IMG/VR virus record: IMGVR_UViG_3300031851_000001
Length of the DNA stretch: 64,000 nucleotides
Source: a virus
Taxonomy: Duplodnaviria > Caudoviricetes
Strand: one strand, 5' to 3'
The translations under genes and the position numbers were made by a program. How positions within the stretch are numbered: position 1 is the stretch's first letter; every line of letters starts with the position of its first letter. The notes beneath the pieces are model-generated. The model had not been told where the DNA came from. It worked only from the letters and a program-made list of their open reading frames with translations, and searched no databases. Positions 1 to 8,473 of this stretch are shown piece by piece.

Positions 1-327
1 AGCGAACGTAAAGAGTTTATGATTACTGAATGCCATTATAGTGAGGATTTGCGTAAGCACGATATTTTAATATCACCTGGGATTACAAACTTTTATGACC
101 AACACACATTAAACGTATTCTTAGCGTTTCCAATTAAAGACGAAGAATATACTGTTACACTTAAATATGGTACGCCTTTAATGTCAATATACCCAATGCA
201 CGAAATGGAACTTGATATTAAAATGCATGAGGTAGAATCAAAAGAGAAATGGCATAGAATACAACACGTATATCCATCAACCTTTATCGGACGTTATCAC
301 TCCCGGAAACACACACGCAGTAAGTGA
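1..327 (+). CDS. Hypothetical phage protein, C-terminal part (frame is open from base 1, so 5'-truncated by the window)
   Basis: The frame runs without a stop from position 1 to 327. The PGI..F..QH..NV....GTPL..I.P pattern resembles a common uncharacterised T4-like phage family. It is the only plausible real plus-strand gene and converges on the rSAM cluster. Confidence 0.55.
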   Translation, partial: SERKEFMITECHYSEDLRKHDILISPGITNFYDQHTLNVFLAFPIKDEEYTVTLKYGTPLMSIYPMHEMELDIKMHEVESKEKWHRIQHVYPSTFIGRYHSRKHTRSK

Positions 328-1305
328 ATGGTGTTCCATATAAGATAGGACACCTTTATCAATACATGTCATTAAATTTTTACAAGAAGCACAATTGTCA
401 GTTTCACTTGAATAAGTCAACTGTGACATAAACTTATTTTCTTTTACTTGAGTCCATGACTCAATATCGTTTTCATCTTTGACCACAAAATTATCTGTAC
501 CAATTAAAGCAATATCATATACGAATGGTGTCCAAAAGAAACGTTCGTTACAATAAGTATAATTTAATTCTAAAGAACCACCTTGTGCTTGGTCAATAAA
601 TGTTTTAGGCATAAGGTCGTCGGCAAAGTCATAGTTTTTCCATTTCTCAATAAGATGCTTTTGCACTTTAGATTTAGGTGCTCGGAAGAATGATGGATTT
701 AAAGTAAGTATAGAATCAAACCGTTCCTCAACAAGTTTTGACATCTCGAGTACTTTATTATTCTCAACATCATCATTACCCATATTATATACCATATAAT
801 AATTTAAATCATCTGTCAACTCATTTAATATTCCTAATTTATATTCAAGTACATTCCAATTAACTGGCGGCTGCAGGGCTATGTTACAATCATACATAAA
901 TCCCTCGGCCTTTGGAATACTATTCAGCATTTCAATAATATTAAAATCAATCTTTTCTAATGTTGTAACGAATTGAATAGTAGTTACTTTACTTAAACAC
1001 TCTCGGAATGTTTCGTCTTTCAACAACTCGGTGATATTATTATTACCAAATAAATCAGTTGGACCAATATTAATGGTTGACACGCGATAGCCATTGGTAT
1101 TAAATAAATCAATGGCGTTGTTTAATCTATCAAATGATCCCATATTTGATCCGAGTTTATTGACAAAACAACCTTTACATTTAAACTCGCAGCCAGATAA
1201 TACTTCGCAATTAAATTGTACTTTGATTTCATGTCCTTCACTAAAGGATAAATCAAAATCTTTATCAGCTTGTGCAGCACGCTTATTGTTAGTAACTATT
1301 CCCAT
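277..1305 (-). CDS. Radical SAM protein (cluster paralog 5) with C-terminal Cys4 auxiliary-cluster motif
   Basis: CEFKCKGC = CX3CX2C near the N-terminus; IGPTDLF motif; C-terminal CASCKNLMTC-X16-C. Start moved from 1332 to the ATG at 1305 because GAGGT lies 5 nt upstream, inside the 3' end of the previous gene. Confidence 0.88.
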   Translation of the reverse strand: MGIVTNNKRAAQADKDFDLSFSEGHEIKVQFNCEVLSGCEFKCKGCFVNKLGSNMGSFDRLNNAIDLFNTNGYRVSTINIGPTDLFGNNNITELLKDETFRECLSKVTTIQFVTTLEKIDFNIIEMLNSIPKAEGFMYDCNIALQPPVNWNVLEYKLGILNELTDDLNYYMVYNMGNDDVENNKVLEMSKLVEERFDSILTLNPSFFRAPKSKVQKHLIEKWKNYDFADDLMPKTFIDQAQGGSLELNYTYCNERFFWTPFVYDIALIGTDNFVVKDENDIESWTQVKENKFMSQLTYSSETDNCASCKNLMTCIDKGVLSYMEHHSLTACVFPGVITSDKG

Positions 1306-2443
1306 GGTATACCTCATCATCATATAAACCAATTACATCTTTATTTAAGATGCATTCTTTTCTTCCATCAAACACAGTATCCATAATCATTGGAACCATT
1401 CTATTCGCACATATATTTAAATACTTACAACTGCCACACTCTTTTTCAGAACTTTTTTCAATTTGGCTATTGACAATCTCGTTCTTTTTGTTTAATATAT
1501 AATCAACAATATCGGCATCAGGTAACCAAAGCCAACTATTATCAACTTTAAAATCATCTGTATGGATTTGAGCATTCTCATATATGAATGGCGACAAATA
1601 CATATCTCCGTGGTATATACTAACTACAGAATAATGAAACGCTTTATGTGATACGTCACCTTGTAAGAAATGGAATTTGTTTTTAAACTTATGTGGATCT
1701 GCAGCCAATCGAGTTAACATATCATTCCATTCAAATAGTTTGTCTCCGTGCTTTGCGCTATGATTAAAAGAACGTACTACTGACGGTAATACTTCGATTA
1801 CTGTTTCATACCTAGCTCTAACAAATTCAATAGCAGGAAATAATATATCTTCTACACCTTGCACGATATTAGTAGCCATACTTATTTCAAAGTTTAAAGA
1901 ACTATTTTTAAATGTTTCAACTCTTTCATCAAGTGCATCTAGGTATACCTGATCATTCATTAATCTATTTAAATCCAAAGCAATTTGTACATCCCATGCT
2001 TCGACTACTTCGCCTAGCATTGAGTTTTCAATAGCTTTTATTTTACCTTCAATATCTTTTTCAGATAATGATCCGAGTATAGAACAGTTATGTTGGATAT
2101 TTCTATTATCTTCAGGCATCATGGATATGGCATCAGCAAGCCTTTGATTATTAATAATCTCTTCTAAATTTTGAGCACCATAAAAGTCGGTTGGGCCAAT
2201 CACAATGTCGTCTAATACAATATCAGTTCTATCTTTTAATTCAAATGCCAAGGAATGAAATGTTGCGATTGAGTTTGGGTTCCAATTACCTTTACGTTTA
2301 ACAAAACAACCCGGACACATATATGAACAACCTTCGAGTATTTCAAGGTTGACCTGTATTTTATATTCTTTCATATTGTCGATTGAAGTAAATTCCTCAC
2401 CTCGCCCACCGTCTACAATATTTTTCCAATCATTATTTAACAT
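1289..2443 (-). CDS. Radical SAM protein (cluster paralog 4)
   Basis: CSYMCPGC (CX3CX2C); IGPTDFY; YLSPFIYE; C-terminal CGSCKYLNIC-X18-C. Confidence 0.9.
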   Translation of the reverse strand: MLNNDWKNIVDGGRGEEFTSIDNMKEYKIQVNLEILEGCSYMCPGCFVKRKGNWNPNSIATFHSLAFELKDRTDIVLDDIVIGPTDFYGAQNLEEIINNQRLADAISMMPEDNRNIQHNCSILGSLSEKDIEGKIKAIENSMLGEVVEAWDVQIALDLNRLMNDQVYLDALDERVETFKNSSLNFEISMATNIVQGVEDILFPAIEFVRARYETVIEVLPSVVRSFNHSAKHGDKLFEWNDMLTRLAADPHKFKNKFHFLQGDVSHKAFHYSVVSIYHGDMYLSPFIYENAQIHTDDFKVDNSWLWLPDADIVDYILNKKNEIVNSQIEKSSEKECGSCKYLNICANRMVPMIMDTVFDGRKECILNKDVIGLYDDEVYHGNSY

Positions 2444-3590
2444 ATGATATATCCTTTAATCGTTTTAGTTCTGGATCGTCATCATCAGTAACTAAAAACT
2501 TTTTACGATAACCGTTCTTATCGTTTTCAACAGAATAACCATCCCATCCATACATTGTCTGAGCAGGACCATTATAATTGTTTATATTATTTAGCATATT
2601 CTCTTTTGGTGCTATGCAGCGGTCTACTCCAAGGTAATCCCTTAACATTATTATTTTTCTGTTATAACAACTAAAGAATAATGGGCAATCCTCGCATTCA
2701 GTACCTTTTGCTCTTTTAATTTGATGTTCAACCATTGGAACAACATCATCAAAAGATTTGACTTTAAACATATCATCATATATCGCCATGTTCTCATACA
2801 TAAATGGACTTAAATACCATTCACCGCGTTTGTAGTTTAATACAGTGTAATTAATACCTGCGTGAGAATGGTCTACCATAATATTGTTTAGCTTGGACTC
2901 TTGGTGCCATGTGCTAAAGTATTCGTTAAACTCATCAAGCGTTTTTAAGATTATGTTTGCTTTATGCGAACGAGATACTGACGGAATAAAATCTAATATA
3001 GTATCAAAACGTTTTACAGCCTGATCATGCAATGCCTCATAATCTAATCCATAATCTTTAATGTTAACAACAAACGTATAAGTAACCTCATGTTGAATGT
3101 GTGTATCTATATAGGCTAACATATCTGATATATGTTTTGTGTATTCGTCAGTAAAAAACTTATGTGGATTTGTAGCGATACCAATTTCTATTTCAGTATC
3201 TAAATTAATATTATCAATAAGGAAATCGCAAAACTTTTTAATATCACCATCAATAAGAGTAGAGACAAAAGCTAGGATAGGTGAGTTTTCATTAATGATA
3301 TCTACGAGTTCTGGCATTACTTGATAGAAATTTTCTGATGCTAAAAAGTCTGTAGGACCAATTAATATTTCATCAACAAGTATCCCTTGGTCAGTAATAG
3401 AACGTATGAACTCTTTTGCCATATATACTTGGCTTTTATCACTAGAGTTACCCCGTCGATGTACAAAGCATCCAGGGCACTTGTGGTGACAACCGTCTAG
3501 TACATCCATTTGAATTTTAACAGCGCTGACGGGCTTAGTTTGGGTCTCTGTCGTCATCTCATAATAGAGATTATTTTTAATCAGAGGCAT
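2433..3590 (-). CDS. Radical SAM protein (cluster paralog 3)
   Basis: CHHKCPGC; IGPTDFL; YLSPFMYE; C-terminal CEDCPLFFSC-X16-C, plus a ~55-aa C-terminal extension. Confidence 0.9.
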   Translation of the reverse strand: MPLIKNNLYYEMTTETQTKPVSAVKIQMDVLDGCHHKCPGCFVHRRGNSSDKSQVYMAKEFIRSITDQGILVDEILIGPTDFLASENFYQVMPELVDIINENSPILAFVSTLIDGDIKKFCDFLIDNINLDTEIEIGIATNPHKFFTDEYTKHISDMLAYIDTHIQHEVTYTFVVNIKDYGLDYEALHDQAVKRFDTILDFIPSVSRSHKANIILKTLDEFNEYFSTWHQESKLNNIMVDHSHAGINYTVLNYKRGEWYLSPFMYENMAIYDDMFKVKSFDDVVPMVEHQIKRAKGTECEDCPLFFSCYNRKIIMLRDYLGVDRCIAPKENMLNNINNYNGPAQTMYGWDGYSVENDKNGYRKKFLVTDDDDPELKRLKDISYVK

Positions 3591-4599
3591 ACATATATTC
3601 CTTTAATGCGACGCAGCTATCTAATCCTCGCGACTCCATATATAAATGTATATTACGTTCAGCACAACTCATCATATACTCGCAGCCATTACAATCATCA
3701 ACCTGTTGAGCATAATCTATATTTTCATATAAAGTATTCGCATCCATTGTTGTTTCAAAATTTGGAGTTCTTTGAATAATAACATCATACAAGAATGGAT
3801 TTAAATATAGTTTATTATTATAGAAGCTATAATTTTGGCAGCCATATCCATTAAACTTTGCATCAAAAAATGTATAAAGGTTAAGCCATTTCTTATCAAT
3901 ATCTTGCTCAATCATTTCACGTCTAAAGTTTGCAAGGTGTTGTTCTACTTTACCACGCGCGTTCCTATCTGTTAAAAACGACGGTGTAATTATAACTGGT
4001 GCATTATAGTCATCATATATCCGTTGACATAAGTCGTTATATGTGATACGCTTAAATACATCTTTATGATAATTAACTCTAAATTGAACTGAACCTAACT
4101 CAAACATTTTAAGTTTACGGTTCCAATCGTCTAGTTCTCCATCAAGGTACTTGTCTATATCTAAAACGATTTTAAAATCAATATCAGGTACTCTATGAAC
4201 ACCTTCATATAAACTCCATATCATATCAAGTTTAGTTCTTATCTCGGCATATGATTGAAGTAATGTTGATGTAAATCCAACTGCTGATATTTCGTAAAGC
4301 TTTTTCATATATGGATGTTTCATAATTTCATGGAAGTTCTCTGCATCAAAAATGTCAGTAGGTCCAATCGTTATCTCGTCAGGATAATATGCGCCGTCCA
4401 TTAATAAATTGTATAATGTTTCTAAGTATTCAGGTTTAGTAAGGTTTTTACGTGGAATAAAACATCCTGGGCACGACTGAGCGCAGCCATGTAATATGTC
4501 TAGGTTTATTTCAGTACGTAAGAAGTCTGTATTAATAGGGCTCTTATCTTTATCATACGTATAATAACCTGCATATGTTTTATTCAGTTTTACTATCAT
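3577..4599 (-). CDS. Radical SAM protein (cluster paralog 2)
   Basis: CAQSCPGC; IGPTDIF; YLNPFLYD; C-terminal CNGCEYMMSC-X16-C. Confidence 0.9.
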   Translation of the reverse strand: MIVKLNKTYAGYYTYDKDKSPINTDFLRTEINLDILHGCAQSCPGCFIPRKNLTKPEYLETLYNLLMDGAYYPDEITIGPTDIFDAENFHEIMKHPYMKKLYEISAVGFTSTLLQSYAEIRTKLDMIWSLYEGVHRVPDIDFKIVLDIDKYLDGELDDWNRKLKMFELGSVQFRVNYHKDVFKRITYNDLCQRIYDDYNAPVIITPSFLTDRNARGKVEQHLANFRREMIEQDIDKKWLNLYTFFDAKFNGYGCQNYSFYNNKLYLNPFLYDVIIQRTPNFETTMDANTLYENIDYAQQVDDCNGCEYMMSCAERNIHLYMESRGLDSCVALKEYMYASD

Positions 4600-5416
4600 C
4601 GGCTACACTAGCGGCATTGGCTTTAGCCTCTGCTTCGATTTCAGCTTGTAAATCTTCATCAGACTTTGGTTTTGGAATTTCAACGCTGTTAATAAACCCA
4701 GGAGGCATCATTGATAAAATGTTACTAGTAATATTACTTTGTGTCAATAAGAAAAACAAATCTTTACCAAAGTATGCAGGTTTATCATTATACATCTGTT
4801 TATTATATTCTTGTTTAAATCCAAGCATAGAACAAACTAATAGGAAACCATCCCAGCCATCTATAAGAAGGCGTGCAACGTTTGGACCACAATTTGCTGG
4901 CTTGTCAGTTACTTCAATTTGCTCAACAGCTTCTTTTACATCAACTTCAATTGCTTTGTTTTCATCTGATAAGTTTTCGTAAAATTTGCAGAGTGTGAAT
5001 GGAATAAGTTCAGCCATTGCATTACAAACATCTTCTATAAGTTCATAGTTTTTGTCTACGAAGTCGTGCAATTGTTCTTTACTAAAGAGGCCAAGTAATT
5101 GTTCTTCTAAGCCATTAAACTCATACATGTATCTTACTTTGATTGCCATTACAACAAACCGTGATAGCAGTGGTGCTTCTACGATAAAGTCTGATTTAAT
5201 ATATTCTATTAATAGTTCTTCGTCAACCTGCGCAAAGGTTGTTTTAAAATTAGTATTGGCCAAATAGATTAGAATATGTTTGGCTGATAACTTTTCTTTT
5301 GATGCTAAATAATCTACCCATAAAACAAAGTTTTCGTTGTCTTCTTTTAATTTATATATTTCAACTAAATTTTGCGGTGCTAATGGCAGCGTATATAAAG
5401 TTTGCTCTTCACTCAT
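4580..5416 (-). CDS. Hypothetical protein embedded in the rSAM cluster (278 aa, acidic, probably helical)
   Basis: Long ORF, co-directional with and overlapping the downstream rSAM gene by 20 nt. No motif recognised. Confidence 0.75.
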   Translation of the reverse strand: MSEEQTLYTLPLAPQNLVEIYKLKEDNENFVLWVDYLASKEKLSAKHILIYLANTNFKTTFAQVDEELLIEYIKSDFIVEAPLLSRFVVMAIKVRYMYEFNGLEEQLLGLFSKEQLHDFVDKNYELIEDVCNAMAELIPFTLCKFYENLSDENKAIEVDVKEAVEQIEVTDKPANCGPNVARLLIDGWDGFLLVCSMLGFKQEYNKQMYNDKPAYFGKDLFFLLTQSNITSNILSMMPPGFINSVEIPKPKSDEDLQAEIEAEAKANAASVADDSKTE

Positions 5417-5431
5417 AATAAAATCACTTTC

Positions 5432-6535
5432 TTATATCAATGGGTATTTATGAATTAAATATGGAATTCTGTTTTGACGTTTTGAAAAGAACTGAACATC
5501 TGTGTTAATTAATGCCAAGTCTTCTCTAATATTATCTGTGTTAAAGTTTCTTTCTAAAACTTTTTTAACAATAGGGAACACGTTATTGATTTCAGTATAT
5601 AAATCCATGTATTCCCAACCGTCAGCAGTCGTATCAGCTTTATTTTGATGAACGGCTATAAAGGCAGCGTCGTCTTTAACTTTATTCCACATTTCTTCTA
5701 ATTTATAAAACGCTAATGTATAGTTAGATTTATTAGCAGCATTTACATATACGTCTTTAAAGAATTGTTGTTTATCTGTAGCCCAGCCATTTTCTTCAGT
5801 TGCATTAGCATTCATATAATCAATAACTGACATAATATATGCCGAGTAGTGACGACGTGAAGTAAAGTGTTCCATAACATCTTTTGCCATAACTGGTGAA
5901 TGAATAGTAAATTTTTCAACAATCAATTCTGAAACGCCTGCACATGAATAGAAATCGTTTAAGAAGAATAGCAAGTCATAACTAAAGTTTTTACCATTCT
6001 GATATGTAATTACCCAAGGTGTTTCGCCTTCAGCATTTAATAAAGTATTTGTATGGTTTCTAACATCGTTATAAACTGTCGAGTTGCTCATTAAAGATAA
6101 TACTAAATCTTGGTTAATAACTGCTTCCATATAATGAGCAACCATCGCATTAATTGTTGTTGCATCTGCGTCAGGATAAAAACCACATGATGTTAACAAA
6201 CCAGCAGTATATTTTGCAAATACTTTAATCATATCCTCTTCGTCTGTAAACATAAGAATACGCTTATCACTATTTTGAATATAAGTAGGATTGGCAATAG
6301 TATCCCATTCTTCAAAATCTAATAGTTCTGATGAGCCTGATCGTGCACCTTCTGCCAGCGCTTCATACTCAGCAGGCTGAAGAAATGAGTCTACAAGGTC
6401 AGGCTGTACAATAGTAATTCGTCTTGGTTCAGCAGTGTGGTAAAAAGAATTTAATTCACCAATTACTGTTTCAACGTTTTGTGTATTCGTAATATACTTT
6501 TTATTATTTAAGTAATATAAACTCTGCCCAATCAT
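5432..6535 (-). CDS. Hypothetical protein embedded in the rSAM cluster (367 aa)
   Basis: Long ORF coupled to the upstream rSAM gene by an ATGA start/stop overlap at 6532-6535. No motif recognised. Confidence 0.75.
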   Translation of the reverse strand: MIGQSLYYLNNKKYITNTQNVETVIGELNSFYHTAEPRRITIVQPDLVDSFLQPAEYEALAEGARSGSSELLDFEEWDTIANPTYIQNSDKRILMFTDEEDMIKVFAKYTAGLLTSCGFYPDADATTINAMVAHYMEAVINQDLVLSLMSNSTVYNDVRNHTNTLLNAEGETPWVITYQNGKNFSYDLLFFLNDFYSCAGVSELIVEKFTIHSPVMAKDVMEHFTSRRHYSAYIMSVIDYMNANATEENGWATDKQQFFKDVYVNAANKSNYTLAFYKLEEMWNKVKDDAAFIAVHQNKADTTADGWEYMDLYTEINNVFPIVKKVLERNFNTDNIREDLALINTDVQFFSKRQNRIPYLIHKYPLI

Positions 6536-7707
6536 GATCTTACTCCTAATTTTTCTATTGCGTCATCGTTCCAAGTAAAATCATACGGGTTATATTCTGC
6601 AAGGACATCTTTGTTCAATACACAACCGTTGACGTTTAATGATTCTTGGGCTTCAAAGATTAATCTGCTTGCACAGGCAACTGCAAATTTACAGTCAGCA
6701 CAATCTTTTACTTTACTAGACCTATTTATACCTTTTGTCACTAGTTCATTTTTACGATCTAATATTTGCTCGAATGTTAAACCAGTAACATCTAAATTTT
6801 TATTACCTAAGAAAAACGCTTGCTCATGCAGCATTACATTTAGGTGTGTAGTTGGACCATTTTCTCCTGGGACAATAGTAAGTCCAACAAAGTTAATTGA
6901 GTTACAATAAAGATTAGCCATTGACATAACGGTTTCTTGCGCATTATCTTTATCAATAACTCTACCAAGGAAATCGTTCCAACCAAATAAATTCTTTCTT
7001 TGTATCAATTGTGAATTGGCTCTAGAGAAAGCAGGGTTCATTTCTACAATTGTTTCATATTCGTTTACAGATTTTTGAATAATTTTATTATAAGTTTCTT
7101 TATCAATTTTTCTACCAACAACGTTAGAAGCCTGTAATGTCCACGACCAATCCATTTGTTTTGGTGTATTATTTTTAAAGAACTCTACCTTTTCCATAAC
7201 GTTATTAAAATATTCGTCATCGTTTAACATCTGATCTACTCTACCGATTGGCATAATAAATTCGATAATCATTTCGCGACGATACTTATCCTCATCATCA
7301 AGTACGGCAAAGATTTCTTTTACTTTATCCATAGTAGCCAAATCAAATTTAGCAGGTGCCGCGATACGAGCGCCAGTATGTTCTCTCATAATTTCTTGGA
7401 CTACTGAATTATTTAATACTGACTCTGTATTTTTAGCAGTGAAAAAGTCTGTTGGTCCAATAACGAACTCTCTTAAGTTAAGTCCAGTTCTTTTTACACC
7501 ATCTGCTAATTCTTTTGCTCTATCAATAATTTGTTGGTTCATAGCAGGGTCTATGTTTTTATCAACGAAACAACCTAAGCAGCCGTGATTACATCCTGCT
7601 AAAACTTCCATTTGAATTAGAACATCAAACTTAGTAGCATCTGACGGTGTTAGGCTTTCTGGACCAGAGTACCGCATTTGCTTACAATATGATTTTTGCA
7701 TTGACAT
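6532..7707 (-). CDS. Radical SAM protein (cluster paralog 1)
   Basis: CNHGCLGC; IGPTDFF; C-terminal CADCKFAVAC-X16-C. Start moved from 7800 to the ATG at 7707 (MSMQKS), 1 nt after the stop of the upstream small gene. The longer track ORF overlaps that gene. Confidence 0.9.
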   Translation of the reverse strand: MSMQKSYCKQMRYSGPESLTPSDATKFDVLIQMEVLAGCNHGCLGCFVDKNIDPAMNQQIIDRAKELADGVKRTGLNLREFVIGPTDFFTAKNTESVLNNSVVQEIMREHTGARIAAPAKFDLATMDKVKEIFAVLDDEDKYRREMIIEFIMPIGRVDQMLNDDEYFNNVMEKVEFFKNNTPKQMDWSWTLQASNVVGRKIDKETYNKIIQKSVNEYETIVEMNPAFSRANSQLIQRKNLFGWNDFLGRVIDKDNAQETVMSMANLYCNSINFVGLTIVPGENGPTTHLNVMLHEQAFFLGNKNLDVTGLTFEQILDRKNELVTKGINRSSKVKDCADCKFAVACASRLIFEAQESLNVNGCVLNKDVLAEYNPYDFTWNDDAIEKLGVRS

Positions 7708-7708
7708 C

Positions 7709-8092
7709 TTATCTTCTTCCTCTCGAACTGTGGCAACTAGTATGACAACTTGCGTGACAATAGTATGCGTTAATAGTTCTGTTTGACATTCTTCCTTCAA
7801 TTAGATCAACTGTTCTTCTAGTTATATCTTCCAATGTATCAACAATATCCTGTCCGTAAATAATATTACCACTATTGATACCACCATCTACATAGTTATC
7901 ATATACATAGTAGTTTGCATTAACATATTCAAATCTATGGTAATGCCACTGTCCTCTAGTATAACTGGTAGCAGCACTACTAGCTCTTACATATGCGTTA
8001 ACATAAATTCCAACCGTTCTATCGAACGTTCTTAATTGTTGACCACTATATGTTCTTACCCACGACCTAACGTCATTTCTATCCATAGTCAT
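7709..8092 (-). CDS. Putative rSAM substrate/precursor B, 127 aa, ending YYCHASCHTSCHSSRGRR
   Basis: Paralog of 8092..8472. C-terminal (C-H-x-S)x3 repeat. TAATG coupling with the upstream paralog. Sits immediately upstream of the first rSAM gene. Confidence 0.8.
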   Translation of the reverse strand: MTMDRNDVRSWVRTYSGQQLRTFDRTVGIYVNAYVRASSAATSYTRGQWHYHRFEYVNANYYVYDNYVDGGINSGNIIYGQDIVDTLEDITRRTVDLIEGRMSNRTINAYYCHASCHTSCHSSRGRR

Positions 8093-8472
8093 TAGCGGCG
8101 CCCTCTCGAACTATGACACGAAGAATGGCAACTTGCGTGGCAATAATATGCATTAATAGTTCTGTTAGATATTCTACCTTCGCATAAATCAACCGTTCTA
8201 CGAACAACGCTACGAATAGAATCAATAACATCACCAGAACGAATAATTCCGCCAGTGTATATACCGCTATCCAGATAATTGTTATATACATAGTAGTTTG
8301 CATTTACGTATTCAAACCGCGTATAATGCCATTGACCTCTGGTATAACTTGTTCCCCAGTTAGAACCTCTAACATAAGCGTTGATATAAAATCCTACGGT
8401 TCTATCAAATGTTCTTAATTGTCGACCACATTGGTTTCTTACATTTGTATTTAACTGTGCATACGTTGGCAT
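8092..8472 (-). CDS. Putative rSAM substrate/precursor A, 126 aa, ending YYCHASCHSSCHSSRGRR
   Basis: About 75% identical to precursor B over the last ~109 aa (hand count). Starts 1 nt after the stop of the long fibre gene. Confidence 0.8.
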   Translation of the reverse strand: MPTYAQLNTNVRNQCGRQLRTFDRTVGFYINAYVRGSNWGTSYTRGQWHYTRFEYVNANYYVYNNYLDSGIYTGGIIRSGDVIDSIRSVVRRTVDLCEGRISNRTINAYYCHASCHSSCHSSRGRR

Positions 8473-8473
8473 A

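Noticed and set aside
277-7707. rSAMs as QueE/7-deazaguanine DNA modification, anaerobic RNR activase or cofactor biosynthesis enzymes
   Set aside because: No queC/queD/folE/dpdA, nrdD or cofactor genes are adjacent. The C-terminal Cys clusters and the linked Cys/His-patterned small proteins point to peptide or protein maturases.
277-7707. Apparently lower GC in the rSAM cluster as evidence of recent horizontal acquisition
   Set aside because: Judged only from spot checks. The higher GC of the neighbouring fibres is explained by their Gly/Ala/Thr content. A GC3/codon-usage computation would be needed.
6532-7800. Track start at 7800 for rSAM paralog 1 (and 1332 for paralog 5)
   Set aside because: These extensions are alternate-frame read-through of the upstream genes. 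The ATGs at 7707 and 1305 fit translational coupling and Shine-Dalgarno position.
7709-8170. CHASCH/CHTSCH read as c-type heme-binding motifs
   Set aside because: The spacing is CX3CH, not canonical CX2CH. There is no signal peptide and no cytochrome c maturation gene in the window. The rSAM neighbourhood explains the motif better.
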